Below, piece by piece: positions 27,346-40,899 of a DNA stretch of 64,000 nucleotides (position 1 is its first letter; every line of letters begins with the position of its first letter). The notes beneath the pieces were generated by a model. It was given only the letters and a program-made list of their open reading frames with translations. It was not told the origin of the DNA and ran no database searches. The stretch lies in the NCBI GenBank assembly GCA_964016885.1, contig OZ024749.1:30008001-30072000 (forward strand). The letters run 5' to 3'. The stretch comes from Eledone cirrhosa (lineage: Eukaryota). Both the position numbers and the translations under genes were made by a program.

Positions 27346-27849
27346 TTATTTCCACACTATAAGGTTGCCATCCCTACAGTAAGTAAATATTTCGCTTCCT
27401 GCCCAACGCATGCGGTCAAGCCGTTAAAATGACACACACGCAAAATCAGGTCGCTGATAATAGCTGTTTATTATAAACATGTTGATATTGCCACTAAAAT
27501 TAGCAGCATTATTCAACGTTTTGTTCTCTACATAAGGAGAAAAATTATAAAAGCCGATGAATACGTCAACAGGCACTATGTACTTGTAGAAATATGCAAA
27601 GTGTTTATAATATTTGTGGTTCAATGGTACTAATTCGAGATACCAGAACAATATAAAATAGCGGAGCAGGCGGTTATCGAACAATTCTCTAAATAAATTA
27701 AAAAACGATTTAAATAATCACCTGTTCTATTGCTGTTACCGACGGTTTCATCATTCCAAAAGATTGGAAACACCTTTAATATTATAAACACCTTGCATAT
27801 TTTTAGAAGTACATAGTGCCTGTTGACGTATTCATCCACTTTTATATAT

Positions 27850-27906
<57 letters not shown>

Positions 27907-29053
27907 ATATATATATTATATATATCATATATATATTATATATATATTACATATATATTATATATATTATATATATACTATATATATATATTATATATAT
28001 ACGGCCTCCCACAACCCCCCTGTAGGTCCCCTACACCCCGTACCAATGACCAATGGACAACAACAACCACCCATCGTTTGTGGTCCCTATGGTGGATAGT
28101 CCACCGGATCCTCTACTGGTTAGGAGTCATCTAAACCGCGTTTTATTGAACCTGATTTTATATATATGTATATATATATCATGTGTTTATATATATATAT
28201 TTTATATGTGTATATGTGTGTATTTTATATATATATATGTATATGTATATGTATGTATATATTTTATGTATATATGTATATGTATGTGTATTTTATATGT
28301 ATATATATGTTTTATGTGTGTATATATTTTATGTATGTGTGTATTTTATGTATATATATATATTTTTTATATTTTTATATGTATGTATTTTATATATATG
28401 TGTGTTCTGTGTATATATATATATATTTTATATATATATATGTATACTTATGCGTGCATACATGCATGCATATATATATATACACACCTGTATGGATTTG
28501 TGTGTGTAGATGTGTGAGTGTCTGAGGAGGTAGGTGTGAGTGTATGTACAAGTCAACCAGCATAAACCTTATATTTCTAAATTTTCTAAACTATCTAAGT
28601 ATTGGACTCTAACCATTATATTAAGTATTACCACCCCACATTTTGTATGTGTGGATGTGTGTGTGTGTCTGTGGAGGTGGGTGTGAGTGTAGTGCAAGCC
28701 AACCTACATAAGTCTTTTATTTGTAAATTTTCTACTCTAACCATAATTTTCAGTAGCACCACTCCACATAAATTCCTCAATTTACTATTAACCTTAATTG
28801 AATATATATCTGACCAAGAATGCCTTTTGTGAAAATCAGTCATAAGGAACTATTGTGATCTTGCCTGGCGGTTTGAAACCACCTGCCTCTTTGAGGTCAA
28901 ATACCAACCTTACTACCATCTACAAACTGACCAATGAGAATCAAGACTATTCCTGCTGACAACATTAAATTATTCCTAACAAGCTCATATGTCCCAAGGC
29001 TCTGATACTATCAACACCATAAACACAGAGCTGGCATATCTAAGAACTGACTA

Positions 29054-29109
29054 ACTGCCTGATGAGGTCATAGCCATTCAATGGCTATCATCGAAATATA
29101 TATAGCAGT
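29054..29109 (+). ncRNA. Type I hammerhead ribozyme
   Basis: actgc-CTGATGA-ggtcatagccat tca atggctatcatc-GAAA-TATATA-TA-gcagt, followed by AATAAA and then (TA)n. Confidence 0.85.
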
Positions 29110-29199
29110 AAATAAAGGATCATGAGTTCATGCAATTGACTTATGTTTCGTCACTATACATTTCTATATATATAGCCCATATATATATATATATATATC

Positions 29200-29231
<32 letters not shown>

Positions 29232-29233
29232 TA

Positions 29234-29371
<138 letters not shown>

Positions 29372-29405
29372 TCACATGAATCAAAGTTCTGTTCAAACCA
29401 TTTAT

Positions 29406-29454
29406 TAGCTTACAATTGTTTCATCCAAACCGAGGTTTGGAGTCTTCGGAGCAA
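29406..29454 (-). ncRNA. Hammerhead, family C (CCGAAGA core)
   Basis: ttgct-CCGAAGA-ctccaaac ctcg gtttggat-GAAA-CAATTG-TA-agcta. Confidence 0.6.
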
Positions 29455-30580
29455 TTTTTCAATGTTTGTTTACATACATGACCTCCTTTCCAACACAAGA
29501 GACAAACAGATACATATGTATATATCGATGCACAGTGGGGTGACATCCATTATAATATTTTTGCATCGCAATTTAAATTAAAAAATTAAAAATTAAAATC
29601 ATATTAAAACAGAATCAAAGCAAAATTAAAGTTAAACTACAACATCGGCAGTTAACGTAGATAATGCAAGAGGATAGTTTGTTAGTCAGTTGAAGTAGTT
29701 ATTGCATGCAATAGTTACACGTGGGGCATGCACGTGTGTCTTATTTATATATGATTATTGTGCTTGTATTGCATATAACACCTTGCCGCACAATAATCAT
29801 ATATAAATAAGACACACATTCATGCCCCACGTGTAACTATTGCATTCTCTCACGGAGAAGTGTGTGTGTGTGTGTGTGTGTTTATATGTCTCATTGTATG
29901 TTAATGTACGCGTGTGTATGTGTGTGTATATATATGTGTGTGTGTGTGTGTATATATATATGTGTGTGTGTGTGTATATATATGTGTGTGTGTGTGTGAG
30001 AGAATGTGTGTGTGTGTGTGGGGGTGGACCAGTATGTTTGTGATACTGGTAAAAATGGTGTACATTATTCGATATTTTCAGTAAAAACGATTCTCTCAAT
30101 AGAACATCAAAAACCTTAATAATAAAAGGTGTGAAATGATATATAGTATTGGCATAATACCAAGGTGTGTGTGAGTGTCCAGATTGTACGTACTGCAAGG
30201 GGAATCAATTAGGCCTTGCCGTATTGGAATACGTGTGTACAAATATGTATGTGCCCATCAGTGTGCAATGCATGTGTGCGTATATGTATGTGTGTCGGCA
30301 CGTTTATATCTATAGACATCAATTTTGGGCACATACATATTTGTACACAAGTATTCCAATACGGCAAGGCCTAATGGATTCCCCTTGCAGTACGTACAAT
30401 CTGGACACTCACACACACCTTGGTCTTATGCCAATACTATATATCATTTCACACCTTTTATTATTAAGGTTTTTGATGTTCTATTGAGAGAATCGTTTTT
30501 ACTGAAAATATCGAATAACGTACACCATTTTTACCAGTATCACAAAAATACTGGTCCACCCACACACACAGACACATTCT

Positions 30581-30614
<34 letters not shown>

Positions 30615-30792
30615 CACACACACATATACACACACACATACACACGCGTACATTAATATACAAAGAGACATATCTACACACACACACACACACACACTTC
30701 TCCGTATAAGACAAGAGCTGAAAAATATCTTTTAACATGTTAAAATATCCCCCACACACGTACAGACACATTCTCTACCAAGAATTACTCTG

Positions 30793-30855
<63 letters not shown>

Positions 30856-31342
30856 TCTTAATAGGCATTTGAACTGTCAACAGGCTGCAGTCGCAGACAC
30901 ATCCCTGCTGACCATTATCACAACAACGAACCTCTTTACTACTACTACACACACACTCACACACATATTTGTCTTGAAAGACTTATTTTTCAGTGACTTC
31001 TCAATCAGCCGAGACAAACCTACATTTGGCGCAAAATCAATTTTTAACATTCACATGACCTCTACCGGCCAATCAAAATTGTTTTGACCACAAGAATTTT
31101 TTCATACATCTGGAGCCACTAATTTTACATAAAACAGGTTGAATTTCCAAAACTAATCAGATTAGAGCAAACATCACGGGCGCTCTATCTCAAAATTATT
31201 TTTGAAAAGCATTAGAAATGCACAACCGGTAAAACATAAAACCAAAACTGAATACTAACCAATACTATTACTAATTTTTACTTATTCCTAATTAAACTAT
31301 TTTTCACTGGGAACAATTTGTCAGCATTTTCTTTTCCTTTTA

Positions 31343-31385
<43 letters not shown>

Positions 31386-31438
31386 ATACTTGGGGAGGGT
31401 CATATTTTTGTAATAATATTGCCAGAATTAATAACAGA

Positions 31439-31539
<101 letters not shown>

Positions 31540-32279
31540 TAATAGAAGATAAATCCAGACGGAGTAGGTAGTGAGAAAGAAAAGAAACAGTGTATATTAT
31601 TAAACTAATTCTAAGGAAAATAATATTGCAATTTTGTATAGTTTTTTTTTTTTCCTTTCTAATTAGTTCCAGCCAAATGGGACTGAAAAAGAAAATGCTT
31701 ATACATTTCATTTTTGAAATAGGTACATAGTAGTTATAAACTGTAATTATAGAAATTAAAGAAATAAAAAAAGAAAAAAAAAAGAAAAAAAAAAGAAAAA
31801 AAAAAGAGCCAAATAAAAGGAATATTGTCATAAAATTTATTTCTTCCTTTTTTTTTTTTTAATATAAAATTCTTCAACTTCGAAACTAGATTTCTTCACT
31901 TAATAGTTTACATTTGCTAGAAATAATATTTTTACCTCAAATTAAGATGAAGCCACACGAATACTTTAAAACCTCGAGTCACAGATTTTGAATTGGTCAT
32001 CATTTTTATTATATAACGAGATAAACTGAATCATGTTTACTGGCTTCTTCTTTTCTTCAGCGGGTTTTACTCAGAGGCAACCGTCTCTAATTGATCCGGC
32101 TAGATCCCCAAACGGGATCAACTAAGCTCATGGATTTTATCCAACCATCTTGCTCGGGTCTCCAGTCGGTTGGTTTTGCCTGTACAATATGCTTAGCGAT
32201 TCTGTTTTTAAGCAATTTTGTTGAAATGTGAGGTTTATTATGTTGATTATTTCACGAAACATTATGCGATTCTCGCTGA

Positions 32280-32380
<101 letters not shown>

Positions 32381-34269
32381 CATAAATTATTCAAAGTTTA
32401 TCATTATCGTTATATTATATCACATTTAAACTGGGATCATCGCAGTCAACGTGGAATACCTTAGAACGTGGTTGAATTGTATTGATAGAATTTGGATGGA
32501 TTTGTCTGTCAGTGGTTAAATTATTTCTCACGTTCTGTTGATTACCAGGTGATAAGACAGTGAAGAAAAAAACAAAAACAAAAATGCTTTACAGTTTTAA
32601 CCAGGGACGCATTTATGTACGATAAATGAACTTGGAGGTTCCGTGCGTTAGACCGGCATACAGAGTGTGCCCTTTCGATTCCCGCAGATGATTCCACCTC
32701 CTGTTTTCTATCATGTTTACTTGTACATAAAAGTATTATTTAACGATTAAGTTTGATATAAATATCTTAACCGCCAACTATCGAGCTTTTCATTAGAAAT
32801 ATGGTAACAGAATAGTTAAAGAGTTTATGTTCATCTAAAAACCGTCCGTCATAATTTTATGTAAGAAATGTTATGTAATCTTCCGAACACGATCTTAATT
32901 AGAAAATTAGTAAATTTACTAAATCCTTGATTATTTTCAAAATTATTTGATAACCAGGGATAGTGTCTTGTCAGTGACTGTGTCATGTTGAATAAACCTG
33001 AGAACTACATTAAAGTACATGTTAGTAGAAATGCCCAAGTACCTCCACGCTAGTTTAATGGCTAGGTTGTTCTTCTGTTCCGCTGTTAAAAAAAAACAAA
33101 AAAACTGGTACATTTCTTATCAGAACTGATGGATAAATATCGTATGGTTCTTTTTGATACGATATCAATTTTATTTGTGTTTGTACGCAAAATTACAAAA
33201 TCACGTTTCGTTAAAGAATCACACTGGAGAAAATAATCGAATTAAGAAAGGTTTTGAATAACGAGATGTTGTGTTGTATAACTAAATTATATTTTCTGTA
33301 GTTGTACGCAAAAGTACACTTAAATTTTACAGTGAATCATATATGATACTGGAGCTTTTACTTTAGTTCTTTTTCTTTCTTTTCGCTGCAAGAATATTTA
33401 TATCTACGATTTACTGCGTCGGAATTCTGCTTCAACTCAATGACTCGATGGGTGTTTTTTGCGATTCGTGAAAGAATTAACTGAACTTCTTTTGCTATCA
33501 GGAGAATTAAGAACGAAAAAAATAAATAAATACGATTTTGCTGCATGCAGAATAAAAGATACGTTGACAGGTAATTTGATGGTTTATTGAATCATATAGA
33601 AGTCGCTAGATGGAGACCCACAGAACAGGACAGATTTGTAAAAAGATGATTTTTTTTAGAAGTAAATACATGCGAACTCACATCATCGTAAGAAATGATA
33701 CCATTGTTCTGAAATGCTTCGTATAGATACGAAAAAGAAATTTAATTTCCTTCAAAAGCCTTTTCATATTGTGGATTTGTATATATGAGCTTTTATGAGA
33801 AGATATCAAATATCAAGTTCTATTAGTGATATCAACTCTTCATAAACTATACCGTACTTCTCCATAGGAAATCGCAATGAAATTCTACTAAAGTTGTAAT
33901 GACTCTACAAGAAAGCAAAAGCTCTATTAAAATCTTCATTGCTTTCTCACCAATGGCACTGGAAATTATGGTTTATAGGAATGCCATAATCCTAGGATGA
34001 ATGACACGAATTTGACATTTTCCTCGTATATCATATTTTTATTGTTAATGCATCAGGTAGAATTATAATTGTTCCTTATATAGTAATATATATGCAAATG
34101 CCAGGTGTAATCTCAAAAGTGTAATTCATAACAAACACAGATTGATGGACATAACAAACAGCATGAGAACAATTTGGCAAAGCATCTTATAGATATGTTG
34201 CGTAAGAACATCAATACGTGTATAGAAATAACTGAAGATCATTGGTTAAAAACTATAAATGAAGGAACA

Positions 34270-34565
34270 CATTTCCTCCTCCCCGGAAACCTTCCTGTTC
34301 CATTTACAATGAATCTCCCCAGACTCGTTATCCAAGAACCTTGCTGTTCTATTTTAAAATGAATCAGCCCAGACACGCCATCAAAGGCCCTTGCTGTTCA
34401 ATTTAAAATGAATCTGCTCAGACATGCCATCAAGAAACTTTGGTGTTCCATTTAAAATAAATCTCCTCAGACATGCCATCAAATAATCTTCCTGTTCAGT
34501 TTAAAACAAATCTTCTCAGTCAAGCCATCCAAGAGCCTCCCCGTTCCATTTAAAATGAATCTGTC
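34270..34565. repeat. Degenerate ~43-bp minisatellite
   Basis: Recurrent ctgttccatttaaaatgaatct..cagacatgccatcaag units. Confidence 0.7.
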
Positions 34566-34724
34566 AGCATTCAGAACAATCGCTGCAATGGTGAAATTAT
34601 GAATTTGCTGTTGTTATTGTTTAGTTCACACCTATGCAGGTTTAGCTGGCCTCCCCCAAGGTATATCTCGTTGGAGGTGTTTTGGGTGATTTAATGATAG
34701 GTATCGCAGTCCTATCATCTCATT

Positions 34725-34864
34725 TCTACAGCTGAGTCAACTGGAGCAACGTGAAATAAAGTGTCTTGGTCAAGGAAACAACACATCACCCGGTCCGAGA
34801 ATTTAACTCACAACCTTTCGATTGCAAGCCCAATGCTCTAACCACTAAACCATGCGCCTTCACA
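34725..34864 (-). mobile_element. SINE family 1, 5' half
   Basis: cagctgagtcaactggagcaacgtgaaataaagtgtcttg...ctctaaccactaaaccatgcgccttcac. Confidence 0.75.
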
Positions 34865-35433
34865 ATTATGAACTTGGTCTTCGACCAAATCTTCCTTAAA
34901 GTTAAAATCGAAACTGTGCCGAACAATCACAGATAATTGCAAGACTGAGACAGGTTATCAACTGCAGGAAGTACGCCCCACCTTAAGTATTTTATAATAA
35001 TTAACATTTTGAATTGATTGAGTAGAATGAATATAAGTATCATACTGCGAGGGTAAGGTAGGTAAAATATTGCAATGTGTCATTTTATTACATGTATTAT
35101 TACGAGACATTTATCAATTTATATTTATGGAGGGAATTGAAAATATTACAATATCAATGATTGCATATTAGAGGAATGAAGATTAGTGTATAAATATATA
35201 TATATAGGTAAACGGAAAAGAAAATGCTGACAAATTGTTCACAGTGAAAAATAGTTTAATTAGGAATAAGTGAGAATTAGTAATAGTATTGGAATAGTAC
35301 TGAATACTAACCAATGTAATTACTAATTCTCACTTATTCCTAATTAAACTATTTTTCACTGTGAACAACTTGTCACCATTTTCTTTTCCGTTTACCAATA
35401 TATCATAACTTGTGTGTTACACCTCTATTCTTT

Positions 35434-35506
<73 letters not shown>

Positions 35507-35742
35507 GTGAAAAATAACCGAGGTGTCCTACACGAGTGAAAGTATAAAGACAAAAAGATGAAATCGAAAATGCAACTGGAGTCTTATTTTTAAGAAAATA
35601 TATATATTTATTTGGTTCCTTTACCGGTTTCGCAGTTCTTCTGCTTTTCAAAAGTAGAGTTGAGATGGAGGGTGTGTGGTGACAGTCAAGTTTGCAATTT
35701 TCAACTGTGGAAAATTGCAAACTTGACTGTCACCACACATTA

Positions 35743-35781
35743 TGAACCTGAAGATTGCGAAAGCGTGAAAGTACTTGTTCA
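35743..35781 (+). ncRNA. Minimal type I hammerhead (39 nt)
   Basis: tgaac-CTGAAGA-ttgc GAAA gcgt-GAAA-GTAC-TT-gttca. GNRA-capped stem II and palindromic GTAC loop III. Confidence 0.78.
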
Positions 35782-35928
35782 ATTAACACTTAACATTTAA
35801 TATTCCAACATACTATTTCATTCTAATACCATTATAAATTTTAAAGGATTGTAAATAAAACGAGTAAATCAGACAAAGTTGGAATTCCTTTTATTAATAT
35901 ATATATATATATATATATATAAATATAC

Positions 35929-35961
<33 letters not shown>

Positions 35962-36048
35962 GGTACGTTATTTGGGGTTGAATCGGAGGTAACGACAGTA
36001 AGTAAGGTACTCAATACATAGCAGAGTATAAAAGTTTTAATATAGATG

Positions 36049-36099
36049 AGATTCTACAGAACTAGAACTGTTTCATTCTTTAGAAATCATCAGGAATCT
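36049..36099 (-). ncRNA. Type I hammerhead, family D
   Basis: agattc-CTGATGA-tttct aa agaat-GAAA-CAG ttctagtt CTG-TA-gaatct. Confidence 0.8.
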
Positions 36100-36296
36100 G
36101 GCTATCCAAAAATAAATGTGGTATTTATAGCTCTTTTAAGGTGGTAGGAGAGGGTGGGGAGTGGGATAGGTAGAAAAATGAAAAATAGTTAACGTAAGAT
36201 GTGGGTAAATAATTCAAACTCAATTCAAAAAGAATCAAGACATAGATTTATCCACAGAATTTTGTGAAATCCAGGGAAAAATCAATAGACCCTTAA

Positions 36297-36331
<35 letters not shown>

Positions 36332-36536
36332 TTAAGGATACTATTTATGGTTATGTATATAATAAAACCTTTTATGGTTATATATTTTTTATATATAAAC
36401 CCCAAATAGTGAAAGATAGTCATTCATTACTATCTTATTACCAGTAAGATAAATAGCTCAATGGAATAACATCAGTTGTTTTACAGAGCAGTTATATAGA
36501 GATTACAATAATCAAAGTTCAGTTTAAATCATTTAT

Positions 36537-36585
36537 TTGCTTACAATTGTTTCCTCCAAACCGAGGTTTGGATTCTTCGGAGCAA
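36537..36585 (-). ncRNA. Hammerhead, family C
   Basis: Inverted partner of 36915-36963. Confidence 0.65.
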
Positions 36586-36914
36586 CTATTTAGTGATCTA
36601 TAACATACTTGACCTCCTTTTCAACACAAGAGACATATAAAAAACATATGCATATATTGACCCACAGTGGGTTGACATCCATCATAATGATATAGCATGG
36701 CAATTTACATATAAAGGTTAAAGGATTAAAATAAAAGTAAAAATAAAAATAAAATAAAAATAAAAATAAAACATTGGCAGTTTATGAAGATAAAGCAAGA
36801 TGAAAGTTTAGAGTAGTCAGTGTATGAAACAATCTGTGGGTCAATATATGCATATGTTTTTATATGTCTCTTGTGTTGAAAAGGAGGTCAAGTATGTTAT
36901 GGATCACTAAATAG

Positions 36915-36963
36915 TTGCTCCGAAGAATCCAAACCTCGGTTTGGAGGAAACAATTGTAAGCAA
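36915..36963 (+). ncRNA. Hammerhead, family C (CCGAAGA core)
   Basis: ttgct-CCGAAGA-atccaaac ctcg gtttggag-GAAA-CAATTG-TA-agcaa. Confidence 0.65.
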
Positions 36964-36994
36964 ATAAATGATTTAAACTGAACTTTGATTATTG

Positions 36995-37099
<105 letters not shown>

Positions 37100-38239
37100 T
37101 ATATGAAAAAGTTTGTCCTCATCAGTGGCCATCCAACCGTCGTAGGCATTTCGTCGCATTAAAGGCCATATACCTCAGGTTGGTGCGAGCAACGACTAAA
37201 AAAATGTCGTTGGGACACGTACATAAAGGGGACGCTAGGGTAAACAAACAAAATGGTTTAAGCAGCAGGACCTGTGCGAAATTCCTTCCCTGCTCACATT
37301 TCAACCAGGTTTGATGGTCTTTATTCTCTCGTTCACGATTCCACCGAATTTATATTCATAGAAATCTGGGACTTGTTTCCTTCTTCATCACTTTCTGCTG
37401 CTTAAACCATTTTGTTTGTTTACCCTAGCGTCCCCTTTATTTACGTGTCCCAACGACTTTTTTTTTAGTCGTTGCTCGCACCAACCTGAGGTATATGGCC
37501 TTTAATGCGACGAAATGCCTACGACGGTTGGATGGCCACTGATGAGGACAAACTTTTTCATATGTAACCCATTTGCAGCGCCGCAGCTCCATTATTATCA
37601 TATATATATATATATATATTTAAAAAACATGAGAAGAAAGAAGAATACTGCGTGGTTTGCACATGGGTTACATATGATAAAAGTAGTCCTTCGTCAGTGA
37701 TTTTTTCCAACCATCATTGGTGTTTCATCGCATTAAAAATCAGATACCTCAGGTTTGTGCGAGCAATAATCTAAAAAAAGTTATTGGGACCAGTAATCGC
37801 GTAAAGCGAGGGGTGCAAGTGAACAACATAGAAGGATAAAAACAAACCAAAGAAAGGAAATAAACAAGCAACATGGTAGTCCTGGTCAACATAAACTGGG
37901 TGGATTTCATGAGCGAAAAGTATAGACGTCCGACCTGAGTGAGATGTAAGAAAGAAGAGTGGCCCACTGTTAGCCAAACGGGAGGAAGTGAGAAAGGGAG
38001 AAACAGAGAGTGAGTGAGTGGAAGTGCGAGGAAGCGGTCAGTCGAGAGGAAGTATAACTGACAGAGGGGGCGAAAGAAGGTGAGAGAAACAGAGAGACCG
38101 GGGAAGCAGTAAGAGAGAAACAGACAAACGCAGCCGAGGTAAATATATATAAAAAACGAGAAGAAAGAAGAATACTGCGTGGTTTGCACATGGGTTACAT
38201 ATGATAAAAATAGTCCTTCGTCAGTGATTTTCCAACCAT

Positions 38240-38456
<217 letters not shown>

Positions 38457-38460
38457 TATA

Positions 38461-38537
<77 letters not shown>

Positions 38538-38564
38538 ATGGTTGGAAAATCACTGACGAAGGAC

Positions 38565-38605
<41 letters not shown>

Positions 38606-38731
38606 AAAGTTCAATTTAAAATTGTTTGGATACAAGTAAATATTTTTATAACTGATATAAAGCACTCGACATGTATTTGGAGTAGATATACGATATTAAT
38701 AAATGGAAACTATATTTATAAAACCATATTT

Positions 38732-38794
38732 ATTTCATTATACATATTTCAGGGATACCAAATTAAATTATGGTATGCCTTCATCAGACAAAAT
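38732..38794 (-). ncRNA. Type I hammerhead, family B
   Basis: Inverted partner of 38890-38952. Confidence 0.65.
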
Positions 38795-38889
38795 ACAATA
38801 TATAACATATATCCAGATGGCTTCCAAAAATAATGGTTGCATTTTAAACGGGTACGTGAAAGTTTATTTGTAAAACTGTTATATATTGT

Positions 38890-38952
38890 ATTTTGTCTGA
38901 TGAAGGCATACCATAATTTAATTTGGTATCCCTGAAATATGTATAATGAAAT
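38890..38952 (+). ncRNA. Type I hammerhead, family B
   Basis: attttgt-CTGATGA-aggcatacca..tggtatccct-GAAA-TATGTA-TA-atgaaat. Confidence 0.7.
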
Positions 38953-39261
38953 AAATATGGTTTTATAAATATAGTTTCCATTTATTAATATCGTATATAT
39001 ATATATATATATGTGTGTGTATATGTGTATATATATGTATATGTATGAGTGTATGTATGTGTGAATGTATGTATATATATATGTATATATATATATGTAT
39101 GTAAAAATATATATATATATATATCTATATATGTGTGTATATATATATATTTATATATATATATATATGTGTGTATATGTGTATATGTATGTATGTGTGT
39201 ATATGTATGTATATGTATGTGTATGTGTGTGTATGTATATATATATGTGCGTGTATGTGTG

Positions 39262-39307
<46 letters not shown>

Positions 39308-39397
39308 TATATACACACATACACGCACATATATATATAGATACACATACATACACACACATATATGTGTGTGTATGTGTGTGTTCATGTATGTATG

Positions 39398-39440
<43 letters not shown>

Positions 39441-39491
39441 GCTTATATATGTATATATATGTATATGTGTATGTGTTTATGTGTGTATATG

Positions 39492-39608
<117 letters not shown>

Positions 39609-39870
39609 ATATATATATAATCCTGGCCTGACTGTAATACCGACCTTTCCTCCTCTTTCTTTCTGTCTTTCTTCTTATAGCTGACATTAACCCTGGTTTC
39701 TCTTCTTCTTCCTTCCCCCATTTTCTCTCTTCTTCCTTTCTTTCTTTTGTCTTGTGGCATGATATTAACGCTAACATATGTTCCCATCCCTTTCTGATTT
39801 CCTTTATCTGACCGGTAGTAGCACACTGTAAGCTTTAGCCACGTCACTCGAGGGCGACCGGCTAAGGTAG

Positions 39871-39907
<37 letters not shown>

Positions 39908-40368
39908 CGTGTATGTGTGTGTGTTTGTGAATGTGTCTGCTGACACCTGGAATATAGCTTAAGAGAAACTTGAAGATAATGATATGATAGGCACCCAATA
40001 TTTAATATCTATAGAATTCTCTTGGCCTTTGTCACTCTAAGTAGAACTTTAAAGAATTAGCTTTTAAAGAATTTTCCTTTTCTTTACATCCATCAACCAT
40101 GACCGACCCCCAACGATCTTATAGACACCTGAAATATAGGCATTGTTAGCTTAAGAGAAACTTAAAAATAAGGAGTGGCACCCCATTCTGAACTTGTTTA
40201 TAGAATTCTTTCTGCCTTTGTCACTCTAAATATAAATTATGGCTTTAAAGAATTAGCATTTAATGAATTCCTTTTTCTATCAACCAATGACCTCTACCCA
40301 TCCCACTCCCCCACCCTTTCCTACCACCAGAAAAGAGGTATAAATACCACATTTATTTTTGGATAGCC

Positions 40369-40419
40369 AGATTCCTGATGATTTCTAAAGAATGAAACAG
40401 TTCTAGTCCTGTAGAATCT
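40369..40419 (+). ncRNA. Type I hammerhead, family D
   Basis: agattc-CTGATGA-tttct aa agaat-GAAA-CAG ttctagtc CTG-TA-gaatct, just before (TA)n. Confidence 0.8.
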
Positions 40420-40431
40420 CATCTATATTAA

Positions 40432-40495
<64 letters not shown>

Positions 40496-40899
40496 ACAGA
40501 TAGATACATGAGTGTGTGTGTGTCAAGTATATGTTACAAGTATTCATTAATAGAAGCACAAACAGAGCGTGGTTGATTATAGAGGTGTATATCAAGGAAT
40601 ATACGATATGTTTATATATAATAAACATACATACGTAAGTCTTGCTATGAATATGTTAGCCGTGATCATGTCACAGCTATCTTAGTGGCCGTGTGAGAAT
40701 GTCAAACACATGTTTCTTCATTTTTACCCATAATCGGGTAAAAATGAAGCCAGTATCGATACAAGAATAATTTATATCTTATAAGGATTTCTGCGGATGA
40801 CACATCAGTGGAAGATACTCATATAATGCAAATAAAATATCGGTTGGCCACGTTCCTTTGCATATCCAGCGAATGTGATCCACTAGAATTAATTATGAC

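Noticed and set aside
37480-37760. CTGATGA/CTGACGA and GAAA motifs in the 37.1-38.6 kb cassettes
   Set aside because: Motif order and flanking pairing do not give a consistent three-stem hammerhead, so these were not counted.
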